A stretch of DNA of 64,000 nucleotides from Camelus dromedarius (GCF_036321535.1 NC_087436.1:70868001-70932000); one strand, 5' to 3'. Positions 38,055-52,419 are shown, counted from the first letter of the stretch. Numbers and translations are program-made. Notes: generated by a model from the letters alone, not told the origin.

Positions 38055-38665
38055 TGCTACCCTGGATGGTAAAAGAGACCTGGATTTCTAGGCTGCTCTG
38101 AGTCTTCCTTCTCTGTGCTCTGCTCTCCCATAGTGCTCTTATTTGCACTAAAACTTGTTCATCTAGGTATTCCCAACAGCTAGCACAGAAACTCAACATG
38201 GTAAATCCTGAGCAATAATCAGTTTCATGGAGGAATTTAAATATCTAGTGTTTAAAATTAAAGACTGAGATAGAAGTCTATAATTTGTTCTTGCTCATTG
38301 AAATCAGGGTAAAATAAATCACTGTTTTGATGAATAAACCAATTTATAATTTTACTTGGATTTTCATGTAAATCTGCAAATGATTCCTATATATTTAAAA
38401 CAAAAGACGCTATTATATAAATATATCTTACAGAATGTAGGAGTTAGAAAATCTTACAAATATAAATGGCTTATTAAGCAAGGTTACTTCATTTATTTTA
38501 AAAGGAAAATTTGAGATAAAATTAGAGAAAACAACTTCTACCATGGCTCCATCTAACAAGGCTATAGTAGTTTAGGAAGCCTTATATAATAAACTGGCAA
38601 ATAATCATTAATTTCCCAAGAACATTTTCTTTCTTTCTTTTTTTTTTTTTAAAGACAAGTGTGCC

Positions 38666-39640
38666 TTTTCTGTTGAAGTATAGTCAGTTTACAATGTAGC
38701 GTTAATTTCTGGTGTACAGCATAGTGATTCACTTCTACGTAGATGTATATTCTTTTTCATATTCTTTTTCATTATAGGCTATTATAAGAAACTGGATATA
38801 GTTCCCTGTGCTGTAGAGTAGGACCTTGCTGTTTATATATTTCTTAATATAGTATTATCTGCAAATCCTGAACTCTCAGTTTATCCCTCCACCCCTCCTT
38901 CCACCTCTGGTAACCATAAGTTTATTTTCTATGTCTGTGAGTCTGTTCCTGTTTTGTAAATTGGTTCATCTGTGTCATTTTTTTAGATTTCACATGTAAG
39001 TATATTGTACGTTATTTTTCTTCCTCTTTCTGGCTTCACTTAGAATGACAGTCTCCAGGTCCATCCATGTTACTGCAAATGGTATTATTTTATTATTTTT
39101 TTTATGGCTGACTGGTATTCTGTTGTATAAATATACCACAACTTCTTTATCGAGTCATCTGTCAATGGACATTTAGGTTGTTTCCATGCCTTGGCTATTG
39201 TAAATAGTTCTGCTATGAACATTGGGGTGCATATATCTTTTTGAATTAGAGTTTCCTCTAGATATATGCCCAGGAGTGGGATTGCTGGATCATAGGGTAA
39301 GTCTATTTTCAGTCTTTTGAGGAATCTCCATACTGTTTTCCATAATGGCTAAATCAAACTGCATTCCCACAAGCAGTGTAGGAGGGTTCCCTTTTCTCCA
39401 CACCCTCTCCAGCGTTCATCTTTTGTAGACTTGCATGATGGCCATTCTGACTGGTGTGAGGTGATACCTCATTTTGATTTGCATTTCTCTGATAATTAGT
39501 AATACTGACCACTTTTTTCATGTGCCTATTGCCACTTGTATGTCTTCACAGGGGAAATAATTGCTTACATCTTTCGCCTATTTTTTGATTGGGCTGTTTT
39601 CTTTCTTTCTTTCTTTTTTTTTTTGGTTATTGAGTTGTAT
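38666..39640 (-). mobile_element. L1 3' ~1 kb (3'UTR plus ORF2 end)
   Basis: ttgaagtatagtcagtttacaatg...atggacatttaggttgtttccatg...gtgtgaggtgatacctcatt. Confidence 0.92.
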
Positions 39641-40920
39641 GACCATTATGTTTTTCAAGTCACTGAGTACCAAGGAGAATTAGACTTGTGATTATGCTGT
39701 ATTCATTTCTACCCCTTCTAATCAATAAAAAATATTTTAACTTAATCACAAAAGTAAAAAGTAGAACAGCTACAGGCAATTAAATAAAATAAAGCACGTA
39801 TGGATTTTACAGCATATAGAACAGCAGGGAACAATCACAAGAAAAGTATATAAATGTTAGATAAACCAACTCCTCTTTTCCTTTGGGCAGATTGCTAACA
39901 GTAAGAAAAAGAAAATGATCACCATTTTCCTTTATTACCTTTTTTCTCTTATCTTTTGTATTGCCTTTGTGATATATTGCCTAAGATGTGTACAAATGCT
40001 TAAGAATTTAACTATTCCAAGTTTATCAAAACAAAAAGGATGGTGGTTGTCCTTATGTATGTATTGGTAGGCAGAACATTATAAATTTTACAAATAAGGA
40101 ATCTGGAAGTTTTACTGAGAAGGTTACTGTTTTATAGTAACGTTGGAAAAGTGGTGAGGATTATTTTCAAGGAGAATTTTTCTTCTAATTATCAACTCAT
40201 GTTTTAGGTCACTCTTAAATTTACTCCAAGGTTGTCAAATTACAATAAAATCTATTGGCATTTAAATAAAATACTTAGTGAACTAGCTAAAAAAAAAATT
40301 TCCAAGACTATGTAGGTACTTATTAGTATTATCTCGATTTCTACGCTGTAGCTATTGTGGTCTAAGTGTTTGCTCAACAACCTGGACTGGCTAGATTAAT
40401 AAGTGGTTTTCCCCAACCTTTTTGGAGGAAAGGGATTAATGTTGTTACAAATAGTCAGACCACAGGCATACTACTAAAAACATTAACAAGGAGTGAGCTT
40501 GGCATTTGCTATGCACGATGCTAGACATTTGAATTTCCTCATTTAATCTTTATGACAACACATGAAATATATATCATCACTTTTTTATAGATAAAACTGA
40601 GCCTGAGAGTTTTCTAGTAGGTAGAATCTGAATTTAAAATCAAGCATTTTGATCCAGAGCCACCTCTAAACCAGTGCTCTACTATCAGCAAGAACATATA
40701 TTTTCCATGGTACTATTTTTCAGTTATATTCAGTCCTCTTCTAGTTATTAAAGTACAATTTCATTTAAAAGAACTAAATTAAGAGTAGTACATGGGTGAA
40801 AGATGTTGATAAAAAATTTTTGATAGTGATAGAAGCTCTGCATACTTGAAAAAGATGGGAGCTATAAAATTAGAAGTTTGCAATACTGATTTTGGGGGCA
40901 TTGGCTTAGGACTTAAACAT

Positions 40921-41250
40921 CCTTTTTTATCGAAGTACAGTCACAGTGTGTCAATTTCTGGTGTACATCATAATGTCCCAGTCACGTATATATACATATA
41001 TTTGTTTTCATATTCTTTTTCATTAAAAGTTGTTACAAGATATCGAATATAGTTCTCTGTGCTATACAGAAGAAATTTGTTTTTAATCTATTTTTATATA
41101 TAGTGGTTAACATTTGTACATCTCAAACTCCCAAACTTATCCCTTCCTACCCCCTCCCCCTGGTAACCATAAGATCATTTACTATGTGAGTCTGTTTGTT
41201 TGGTAGATGAGTTCTTTAGTGTCCTCTTTTTTTCTTTTTTTCTGTTTTTA
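40921..41250 (-). mobile_element. Truncated young L1 3' end (same subfamily as 21118-21312)
   Basis: Shared segment gctatacagaagaaatttgt...atctatttttatatatagtgg. Confidence 0.85.
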
Positions 41251-41269
41251 ATTCTTAATGGATGTAGTT

Positions 41270-43659
41270 TTACCATAACTGGCCATTTTTCTGCCTCAGG
41301 GTTTCTCTGCCACATCTGCATGGGATATCTGTGAGCCCTCTGTCATTCTGATGAATGTTCAAAGCTGGAAGGATGAGAGTTACCACTCTATGAAATAAGT
41401 CTAGACTGTGGGGATAGAAATTGGTAGGTAATGCTACTCTTTTCCATCCATAGGCAGAGAATTTTGACATTCTAAATGATTCCTCTGAGGAACCATTCTA
41501 GAGTGTGGGAACATGCTTAAATAAAATGCTTGTATGCAAGCTCTGTCTCAGTCTCTGCTTATAGGGGAAACCCAGGCTAGGATAGTTGGTACATTAAGTA
41601 GCGCTAGTATTATTTTTCTAGCAGACATCAAGATAGGATTCTAGAAATGGCGATTCACTGGTCACAGTGATCACACCCCATTGCTGGTGGTGGGTGCTAT
41701 AACCCTTGGCATGCAGTAGCATCAGTATAATTAAAATTTCTGTGAGGGGTTCAGAAGTACAGAAGATAGTAAGCCTTTGGCTTGCAGAGTAACAGCATTG
41801 AGTAATATTGTGCCAATAATTGTGGAGTTGTCTCATTTTGTTAGCTGATTTAGAAACTTTGAAAAAAGAAAACAACAGGCTCAGTTTTGCCACTTACCAA
41901 TTCAGACCGTGCTGTGAAATTCAGAAAGCCTTCACGGCAGTATTGACAACCGTATTTCCTGTAATCACCACACACAGGCACTGTCTTGTCCTGTGGTTAT
42001 GTTAACTCTCCTGTTCTTTGTAACATTATAGTCTGAAGACCATGGATTTCTTGACTTCCTGCAGAATGTCATCCTGGCACACTGTATACTTGACATATGG
42101 CTAACTGGGCATGTTGAATAGGAACTAGGATGTACTCTGATGTCTCAGGACACGTGGGTTGTAGAGGGTGAGAGAGAAACTCCAGGAAGATTCAGGGGCC
42201 TGTCATACAGGTAAAGTGTATAGATATTCTGGAAAAATGAGACTCTGCATTTGGTAATCTTCTTTTGGGTTTTAGAAGTGGCTTTTGGGAATAATTCTCT
42301 GACTCATTTATTAGTGACTCAAAAGTTGACTATGTTTGAATGGGACCAGAGCAAGAGATGACTTTGAAAAGAAGCCAGCTTACCAGCACAGCACTGGTTT
42401 GGGGGCCTGTCCTTCAGAATGCAGTATATGCATTGAAACAGTGGTTTACCTTTTGTGATACATGGTGCTGTGTCCTCAATAACTAGAACATATGGGAATG
42501 GGAACCAAAGATTACAGGGAGGATTGGCCCATCTTACCATTGCCCCAAGTGACCCTCTTTTGGAATTTGTGTTGCTTTTTCCTTGGCTCCACAGGAATAG
42601 AGGTCCTGCATCCTAGCAGGGAAATACTTCTACCAGAGGTAAGGATTCAAATGGCCTGAGTCTCCATTACTACCTTATCATTCAACTCCTAATGCCATTG
42701 AACCATCAAACAAATACAAGAGTTACTGTACAGATGGGAATGACTGATCCCAATTACCTGTGACAGAGATGTCAACAGTGGGGGCAAGGAGTATATCTGG
42801 AATCCAGGAGACCATCTTGCTGCTTGTATGTCCAGTCATGACTGTAGATAGGTAACTGCAGCAACCATGATTAAACCACAGTAAAATGACTCAAGGCTTT
42901 GACTTCTCACCTCATGGATTTCTCACTAAGCAAGAAATCTGGAGCTACTGAGTTATTGCCCAAGGATTAGGGAAATCTCAAATGCATGATGGAGGAGAGA
43001 AATAATGAACACCGTGATAGCCTTGGGATGAGCTGCAGCAGTGGGCACTATAGCTTGTTTCTCTGTGACCTGTTGGATTTGATGTGAACACAAGTAGGTC
43101 TGAGCACTACCAGTGGTGAGCTATACTGGATGACGCCCATGCTCTGCTTCCCAGTCTCCAGTCTTCAGCCCACCTTCCCATTCCAACTACTGCTGCGGCA
43201 ATCCACTGCTTAGAGGTGTAATCTGACAGCCACTTGCCTCAGCTGGATTGCCTGTCTCTTGCTTTTTGCCCTTGTGTTTTTCTACAAACCAGTGTAGAAC
43301 ACTGGCAAGAACCAGTTCAGCCATTCCAAAGCATACAGGAGGAGTGAGAGAGTTATTACCATGGGGCAGTTCTTGGCTAATAAAATTGGAAGCAGATGGA
43401 TAAACACTTAAAAAATCACTCAGATAAGCAATTCTGGGACATTTTATAGGGCTCTTGAGAGGCTTCCCAGCGTGGCTGAGCCTCACAATCGGCTTGCTAA
43501 CAAACCCCAGAACTGCCTTTCCCTCCTCTGAATTCTTCCCAGTCTCCTCCTGTTTCTAAGATTAATTTATAAAATCAGTGACTTAGACATTCACTTAACT
43601 CAGGTTCTGCTTTTTTTGTTGTTGTTGGGGGAGGGAGAGGGATAATGCAGGCTGAGACA
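41270..43659 (+). mobile_element. ERVL provirus remnant (LTR16-like LTR / deleted internal region / LTR)
   Basis: The 5' LTR ends ctctgcttataggggaaacccaggctaggata followed by gttggtac. The 3' LTR (~43110-43659) ends ctcaggttctgctt...caggctgagaca. Degenerate pol-like sequence lies between them. Confidence 0.65.
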
Positions 43660-46219
43660 TGGCCCCTTAAAGTAAGGAATGATTATGTGATGTATCTGGC
43701 CATGCTGGGGGGCACTTGAGATCCTTTGTGCAATTAATTACTCCTGCTTTTTCTTAGTTGTGGTCATTGTACAAACTTGTGTTGGTATGTAGCCATCTGG
43801 AATGTGGAGCCACTGTAAAGAAGCTAGCTGCTCTGTAAAAGTGAAAATTGAACTTTTGCTTAGTTGTACCACAAACATTTTGGGGTTCGTTGGTGAGACA
43901 TAACCTAGCCCATTCTGGCTAGTTTTGGTTTAACCATGAGTGAAACAAGGAGCAATATGAAGAAAGGCCACAATAGCACTAATATCTCCTTTTTTCATCC
44001 CTTCCTTACTTTTATGAAAGAAGGGTCTAAATTTGGTCTAAACTCTATTATGAGTTATTCCAAACATATTGGGAGGTACAGAGAATTACCTAATTAAAAT
44101 CCATGTCACATAAAAAGTTGTGATCAGAGAGAAGTGCTTCATTCTCCTACCTTTGAGGTAACTAGCATAATCACTTTTTTATTTTACATTTTTTCACTCC
44201 AATCAATGTTAGTATTTCTATTTGGAATGATTACTGAACAATATCATTTTGTATGTTTCTGTACTTACATACTATCAACACTGTAGGCTACTTTTTGCAA
44301 TGTGCCTTTTGTTTCTGCAAAAACAATGATTTGGGGATTCTTGGGTTGATACTAGTTACTCTACTTCATTCATTTTTATAGCTATGTAACTATTTACATG
44401 GATATGCCATATTTTATTTATCCATTCTCCTGTCAGTAGGCATTTAGGTTGTTGACAGAATTGAGTGAAGGTCTGAGCTATTCTTTTACCTTTTCTCTTG
44501 CTCCCCAGAGAAAGAGCCTTGTGCTTCATGCCCATTAAGGAGAATTAAACTACCTACCTTTGTGAGAACTGGCCCCGTGAAATACTGGGGCAGAGGCCAA
44601 ACTGCTGTTGAGGTCTGAGTCAGCATGAGGTGAGGAAGAGAGAAGGTCCTGTTAAGAACTGTTAAAAGTCTCTGAGTTAACTGGTTTAGGGGGTTTGAAA
44701 AAGACGTATGTTTTAGGAGAACCCTTGGCCAAATATCGGAGGAGACTCCCTTCTGCTTGTTGTTTTCCTAAGACACAGATTACCTTTTTAGAAAGTTCAA
44801 AATGCTAAGTCATCTGTCAGATGGGTTTGTAACAGTATTTTTATTTTCCATTTAAGATAGCATTAAATAATCATCCAAGATTATTTCCATTGGGTTCTCA
44901 GGGCTCTGTTAAGTCCTCTTTGTTTAAATTGTTTTAATGGTTTCAACAAGAATGGAAATTCCTAACCCCCTTTCCCAGTCTTAGGACAAAATAATAGAAG
45001 TAATGTACGTATTTCATCAAACTTTGTGGATGTGGCCTGGATAGTGCTTCTCAACAAAACGTGACCAGTTTTCATGATTTATAACCATGTTGGCAGAAAT
45101 GACTTGTTACATCTTTTCGTTTTCTTCTCTGGAACACTGCCGAGTGGGCTTCATTTGTTTGAGAATATTTGACAAGGGAGCAAATGGGGAGATATTCCCA
45201 TGATACAATGCAAGATAGAAAGACTGGAGACTACCTCATGTACTTTCCTCCTCTCTTTGGTAAGCCTGCATAAATGAGCTCCTGGGAGTATAAGGACCTA
45301 AAGCTTGCCAGCTCCAGCACACTTCTTAGCAAGGCTATAAGTTCATAGATGAAGCCATTTGTCACATGGTGAATGGCCAGGAAGACCCCATTTCCTGCCC
45401 GCACAATATTGTCCTGAGTTCTTGGACACTTAGAAATTGGTGGTTCTTTTTACATATAAGTTAAATGTAAGTAAAACAGAATAGTAATGTCTTTTGAACA
45501 ATGAGGAAGAGAAGGGGGAGGAAATAGATTGTGGTACTTATAACAGAGGAGGTAGAAATATCAAAAACTGAGAAAGATTCTCAGATTATGTGGGACGCTT
45601 GTGGGATTCAGCCGTTGGTTTCTAGGCAATGCCCCAGGGAGGTAGCAGAACTTCAGATGAGACCAAGAGCTGCTTACAGTAGATCTATGGATCTGACTTC
45701 CCTGTTTGGCAGAGATTGTGGTACTCAAGATGTCCAGCAAAACAGCAGTGTTTCCTTCATAGTGACCACAGAGCTTTTCAAGTGTGGCCTCATGAAAGGT
45801 TCTTGTTGAATGTTTTAGAATAAGTAAGACCCTGGAGTTCTTGCCTCACTTTAGAGAAGGGCCCCTCCAAATTACAATGAGATTGAATTTTTTGCTGGTC
45901 AAGAGTGTGGAGATTTAGAACAGATTTCATTAGATCTAGAGAAACAAAATATAATCATCTCTTCGTCTCAGAGAGCTGAAGAATAAATTTCATACCTGCT
46001 ATAGTTGAAAAAATATAAACATGTTAATAAAAAGCTGAATATACACCTTGAAGCTATGGCATAGATAGGAAAACGTATGGGCCTGATTCCACTAGACTCT
46101 AGCTAATCGATCAAGTTGGCACAAGTTCTGATGATAACGGTGCCCATCACATAGTAGATCACATTTTTTTAAAAAGCTATCGACAAGTCCTGTCATGTCT
46201 ACTTCTAAGACGATTATTA

Positions 46220-46720
46220 TTATAATGATGGCAATAGATAACCTTTATTAAGCTCTTTCTCTGGGCCAAGGATGCTTCTGAACATTTTACACACATTATT
46301 ACCTCATTTAATCCTAACAGAAGTATTATGAGGAAGAGTGTATTAATAATCCAACCTTCCAGAAGACAAAATTGGCGATCAGAGGCAAACTTGCCCATCT
46401 CTAATCCATTCACTCCCCTTTATATCTTTTGTCATCACTTTAATCCAGGCCCAGTCATTTCTTTGATTACATGACAGTCTCCTAATGACTTCCCTATATA
46501 CTCTTGCCTGCCTTCTTTCCATTTCCCATAGGACAACCAGAGAGAATTTTTAGAAAGTACATTGCATTCTGTTTCCTGATCCTTCAGGGACTTCCATTGC
46601 TTTCCTGTTCCAATGGTGGTCTGGACTCAGTTTGTATCTCCAGTGTATATCATCAGTGTATGGTCCCCAGTATGTAGTCACACTGTAGTTTTCCTTCCTT
46701 TGCTTACTGATTTTCAGCCA
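46220..46720. mobile_element. MIR fragment (minus) adjoining an L2 fragment (plus)
   Basis: acacacattattacctcatttaatcctaac (MIR); tctcctaatgacttccct...ccagagagaatttt (L2). Confidence 0.55.
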
Positions 46721-48024
46721 AACTAGTCTTTTGATTTTGGGTGGGTAGAGGACTTTAGCATATCTAGGTCATTTAAAAAAAATACATGGCCCTCTGAATA
46801 AACTTTTATAACATAAGGTAGATGAGTCAAAAAATATGGCACATGAAATAAGATCTTCGTAAATATTAAAATTTAGGAAACAATAGTCTGAGTTCAGAGA
46901 GTTGGATTTTAAGAGAGTCCCTGTGTCTTCTGAGGGTTAGCTTTTTGCCTAGATAAGAAATGTTGGAATAGCAGAAGAGAAATTAGCAAAAGGGAAATTA
47001 AAAACTTGAAACAAGGACAGCTAAGTAGAAAGTTGATGTTGAATTGTCAATATTGTCAACTGTTAATCTGATTAAACTAGCATAAAACTGATTCATTTTC
47101 TATCCTGTTAATTGCTATAGGATGTAGTTACTAGTTTCTAGTCTAATGGCAAACGTTACAAATGCCTAAAAAGGCAGTGTTAAGTTATTTTTTCTCAAGT
47201 GTCTTTCAAGTGAATATAAAGATGATGGAAGATGGCCAACAGTCATTTCATTGACCATTAAGTTATTAAAATGCTAATGAGGGAAACTCTTAACCTTCCA
47301 ACCCATTGTACATAGGACAGTTTTCATGTTAGTTGTTATGCTAAGAGGAAGCCAATTTAATTCATTTAGGTGTTAACAGCACTCTTTATTTTGTTTCTCT
47401 ACAAGAAGAAAAAGTATTTAATTTGATTGCATTTATTTTGCACATTTCATGGAAGACTTCCTTATCTTCTGTCTGTAAAGAGGCATAAATAATTGAAGAG
47501 GGTGTCTTACACATGAGCAGGAAATGTGATCTAGCAAATGGAGCTATTAAAAATTTTTAGCATCTGTCCCACATTTTGTCATTCAAACTATTTGGAGGAA
47601 AGGTTTCTACTTTTACTACTTATCCAGAGTACTAGGGGTTGATTGAAGTCCAGCAAGACTTCATTATAGAGGGGTGTCTAAAAGCCCAACAGAATTAAAG
47701 TACTCAGTTTCAGGTTGAAGGAGCAGATATGAAGAGAAAGAAACAATGCTGTGGATTTGTTTAGCCACTTTTAAGATTTATCTTTGCATAAATGCTTATT
47801 TGCTTCCATTTTCTGTACTTTTCTAAATCTATACCTACAGTTCTACACAATAATAATTTCTTTCCATAATCCTGAAGTTGTAAAAGACAAACATACTGGA
47901 CAGTTAAGGAGATAGTTTTATTCAAGCTATTGTAATAGAGTATGTTCATTAATGAGTAATGTTAATGAGAAATTACACCAGATGGAATTAAACAGGTAGA
48001 GAAGACTTTGTTCAAGACTGTGGC

Positions 48025-48142
48025 AATGAAAATCAAAACTATAATGAGGTATCACCTCACACCAGTCAGAATGGACATCATCAAAAAAATCTACAAATAA
48101 TTGCTGGAGAGGGTGTGGAGATAAGGGAACTCTCCTACACTG
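48025..48142 (+). mobile_element. Short internal L1 ORF2 fragment
   Basis: aatcaaaactataatgaggtatcacctcacaccagtcagaatgg...gctggagagggtgtggag. Confidence 0.85.
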
Positions 48143-49629
48143 CTCTACCCACATCCTCTTTCAGCAAATGCTCCATTTCTCTGCTCTCTCTTCACCAAAA
48201 CTCCTTGAATGAGTTGCCTTTATTACTGTCAGATTCCTTTCTTCCCATTCTCTTGTGTGTCTACTCCAATCAGGCCTTTATCTCTGCCCCTTCACCTAAA
48301 GGTTCTGGTCAAGGACATTACTATTTTAAAGGAGACAAGACTCTTTGAAGGAATTTAGCAGAGTCATGAGATGTATGACATCTTTATCAATAAAGGAGAA
48401 GGAAATCTACAGCTCTTTTGGCTTAGAATGCCCCATTTTTGTTTAAGCTTTTAGAAAATAGAAATATTTTAATATCATTACCATGATAAAAAATTAACCA
48501 AAACCCAAAAACTTTTAGGTTTTACAGGTACTATTTCTCAGAACATTAGAAATAATCTCTTCAGCAATATGTTGGCACACTTTTAATATAGTTTTGTAAA
48601 TAATACTTTAAGGACATTTTTATAATTGGATAAATAGAAGAGAATCATACATTCATACAAGACTACACATAGGACAGGAAAGTAAGATGAACCCTTTTGC
48701 AGATGTTTTCAAGTTACTACCTTATCTTAGGTGGTTTTATGATACAGAATACCATCTGCTTTCCTGTTGCTCTAGAGAAAGAACATTCATCATTAAGATT
48801 CTTTTCGCCATTATTTGCGAAGACTCAGTTTCAAGGGTAAGCACTGAAATTAACATAGTTTGAACTAAAGAAAAAAGCAGGCCTACGAATATTTAAATAT
48901 AATATTGAAGGATAAATGGTAAAATAATTTTACAAAATTGGATTGAAAAGTACATACTATAGTGATTTGTATTTACAGTCACTGATAAGCTGTAAGTGGC
49001 AGAATAAGGTCAGTTACTGTCCTTTCCTGATCTGTCAGCAGCGCTGGGCACATTTTATTTCTCTCTTCTCCTTGAGACATCACTCTTCTCCTTGAGACAG
49101 ATTCTTAACTTCAGGACACATTCTCTTCCTTGCCTTCCTATTGTGCTGGCCATTTCTTCTTCATCTCCTTGGTGGGGGGTGGGGCAGGATTTTCATCTTC
49201 CTGACTTTTAAAAGTTGAAGTGCTTTGGAGCTATGTACTAGACCTGCTCCTTCCTCCTAGTCAGTTTATCTGTACTCCCCAGGTGACCTCACCCAGTTCC
49301 ATGGCTTCAGCACCAACCACTTCTCTGAATGGCAGATTTGCTTTATCTAACTGCCTGTTGACATCTCACTTGGATGTCCCAAAGACTTGTCAAATTTGAC
49401 AGGACCTCATCCCTGCTCTAGTCTTGCCCTTCCTTTCAGTAGTTCCCATTTCAGTATGTGGCAACTCCATTTGTCATTTTTGCCCTTCCTCTGTTTTTCT
49501 CGTACCCTACATGTAACCCATGAGGAAATTCTGTCAGCTCTACTATTTACATATGTCCAGAATCGTATCTGGTATCTGGACACAATCTTACCATTTCCAT
49601 TAAAACTATCCTAACCAAAGACTCCTTAG

Positions 49630-50168
49630 GTTTTTTTCTCCAGTTTTACTGAGAAGTAATTGATAAACTTCATTGTAGAAATTTAAGGCATGTAGCAAGA
49701 TGGTTTGATTTATGTATATTGTGAAATAACTAACACAGTACATTCAGTTAATGTTTATCTTCTCAAAGAGATAAAAATAAAATGAAAAGAAAGAAAAAAG
49801 GAAAATAAAATTCTCCTTGTGATGAGAACTCAGGATTTACTCTAACAGTATTCCTGAATGTCAGAGAGCAGTGTTAGCTATAGTCATCATGTTGTATGTT
49901 ACATTCCTAGTACTTAAAACTGGAAGTTTGTACCTTTTGACCAGCTTCTTCCAATTCCATCTCCGCTCATTCTCTGCCTCTGATCATTAGTCTGATCACT
50001 TTCTCTATGAGTTTGTTTTGTTTTTGTTTTGTTAGATTCCACATATAAGTGAGGTCATACAGTATTTGTCTTTGTCTGACTTAACTTACTTAGCGTAATG
50101 CTTTCAGGGTCCATCCACGTTGTTGCAAATGGTAGGCTTTCCCCATGGTTCATGGCCGAATAATACTC

Positions 50169-50209
<41 letters not shown>

Positions 50210-52300
50210 TGTATCACAACTTCTTTCCTCATTTATTCATTGATGGGTATGTAGGTTGTTACCATGTGTTGGCTATTATAAATAATACTCCTGGAACATG
50301 GAGGGTGCAGATACCTCTTCAAGTTAATGTTTTTATTTCTCTTGGATATATTCCCAGAAATGGAACTTCAAGATCATATAGTAGTTCTATTTTTAACTTT
50401 TTGAGGAACCTCTATACTGTTTCCCATAATGGTTGTACCAACTTACAATCCCATCAACAGTACACAAGTGTTCTCTTCTTTCAACATCCATGCCAGCATT
50501 TGTTATTCCTTGTTTTTCGATGATGGCCATTCTAGTAGGCATAAGATGATGCCTTATTGTGCTTTTAATTTGCATTTCCTTAATGACTAGTGATGCTGAG
50601 CATCTTTTCATTTAACTGTTGACCTTTTAGATATCTCTTTGAAGAAATGTCTTTTTAGGTCCTTTGCTTATTTTTTAAACTGAGTTATTAATCTGTTTTC
50701 TATTGAGTTGTATGAGTTCTTTATATATTTTGAATATTAAACCCTTATCAGATACATGGTTTGCAAATATTTTTTTCCCATTCTGCAGGTTGTCTTTTCA
50801 CTTCATTGATAGTTTCTTTTGCTTTGCAGAGCTTTTTAGTTTTATGTAGTCCCATTTGTTTCTGATTTTGTTGCTTGTACTTTAGCTATATCCAAAAATT
50901 CATTACCAAGGCCCATATCAAGGAGTTTTACTCCTAAGTTTTCTTCTAGGAGTTTCATGATATCAGGTCTAACATTTAACTCTTTAATCCATTTTGAGTT
51001 AATTTTTGTGAGTAGTGTAAGATATGGGTCGGTTCAGTTTTATTCTTTTACATGTGATTATCCAATTATCCCAGTGCCATCTATTGAAGAAAGTATCTTT
51101 TCTCTATTGAGTATTCTTTGTTCCCTTGACAAGTATTAGTTGATTGTATATGCTTGAGTTGATTTCTGGTCTCTCTTCTGTTCCATTGGTCTGTTAGTTT
51201 ATTTTTATGCCTGTATCATACTGTTTTGATAACCATAGCTTTATCATACAGTTTTAAATCAGGAGGTGTGCACTGAATTCCCTAGTCAGGTGAGACCACA
51301 GGTTTTTCTCTGCAGGTGGGAGAAGCCATTCTCTATGCTCTGTGTTCAAATTTTACTGTACATAGAGCTCATGAGTGGACTGTGCATCTTCTTGTTTGCT
51401 CTTGTGTGCTTTCTTTGGCCAGAAAGGCAGAAGGCTGTATTCAGCAATGAGCAGGGCTACGAATTCAATTTCCTGTGCAAGTGTAACAGGAGAAGCAGCG
51501 CTAAAGCTGATAAAGCTCTTCCTTGTTTCGCTCAAGCTGCTTATTGGCTCTGCCTGTCCACTTCTCAGCTTGAGTGCTGCTGGAGTTTTCTTCCAGCCCT
51601 TCTGGTCAGACAGGGCCAGAAGACATTCTTTGCAGTTGGTGGGGCTGTGATTCAGCTCCTTGCCTAGGCATGATACTCCATGCCCTAGGGCCAGCAAAAC
51701 TTGTTGAGAATCCAAATCAGGCAGATCTGTACCCTGTTGAATTCTTGGTCAGAGTGCACCCTGACTTGGTTCTACAGATGAGCAAAGCTTCTGGTTGGGA
51801 CTACTACTTGGGCACTGCAGATACGAACTCTGCCAATCTTCCTGTGCTGGTTGTTTCAAGTCCTTCACTCTTCCCTGTCACAGTCAGATTCCCAGTGATT
51901 GAGCCCTGCAGATTCCCTTGCAATCCCTGTGTTGTGAGATCAGAGCAGGGGCTCCCACAAAGTGACCCACAGTGCTGGGGGTGGGGGGCAGTGCTGCTGG
52001 TTGTCGCTGGCCCTAGGTTCTCTTTTCCCACTGGAGGAACTGGAGGTGCAAGGGAGACTTCTCCCTGTGGTGCTGTGCTGGCCGGGGGGAAGGGCAATTC
52101 AGTCAATATGTAGCCATTTTCTTACCCTTCTGATGTAGTCTGTCTTGGTTTCTGTGGTGCAGGGAGGTGCTTCAACCCTACCCCTGTGTTCTAGGACACT
52201 CTGAGTGGTGTTACATTCTGAATAGTTGTTACTTGTTCCTCTCGTGATGGAGTGCAAAGTCAGGAACAACCTGTGATGCCATCTTGGTGGTGTCACTCCC
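49630..52300 (-). mobile_element. L1 with its 5'UTR-like segment (~51266-52300) joined directly to the ORF2 end and 3'UTR (~49630-51265)
   Basis: ORF2 remnant peptide MKRCSASLVIKEMQIKSTIRHHL (50393..50611). Abrupt switch to GC-rich sequence at ~51266, ending in gccatcttgg (CCAAGATGGC, the YY1-type L1 5' start). Confidence 0.75.
50171..50206. repeat. (GT)18 microsatellite inside the L1
   Basis: Seen directly. Confidence 0.95.
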
Positions 52301-52419
52301 CAACACTTTTATTTTTGACCAGACTTTGGCTGTGTAGAGACTGAACTGTTCTCCACTGTATTATCAAAACTGTCTCCTTCTAGTCTTATTACCAAGATAA
52401 CAGTTAGAATCTGACTTAG

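Noticed and set aside
50393..50611. 72-aa ORF resembling a protein
   Set aside because: It is a degenerate L1 ORF2 C-terminal remnant and not a host gene.
51266..52296. Cluster of 65-179 aa ORFs on both strands
   Set aside because: They lie in GC-rich L1 5'UTR-like sequence with few stops, mostly start at non-ATG codons, and resemble no protein family I recognise.
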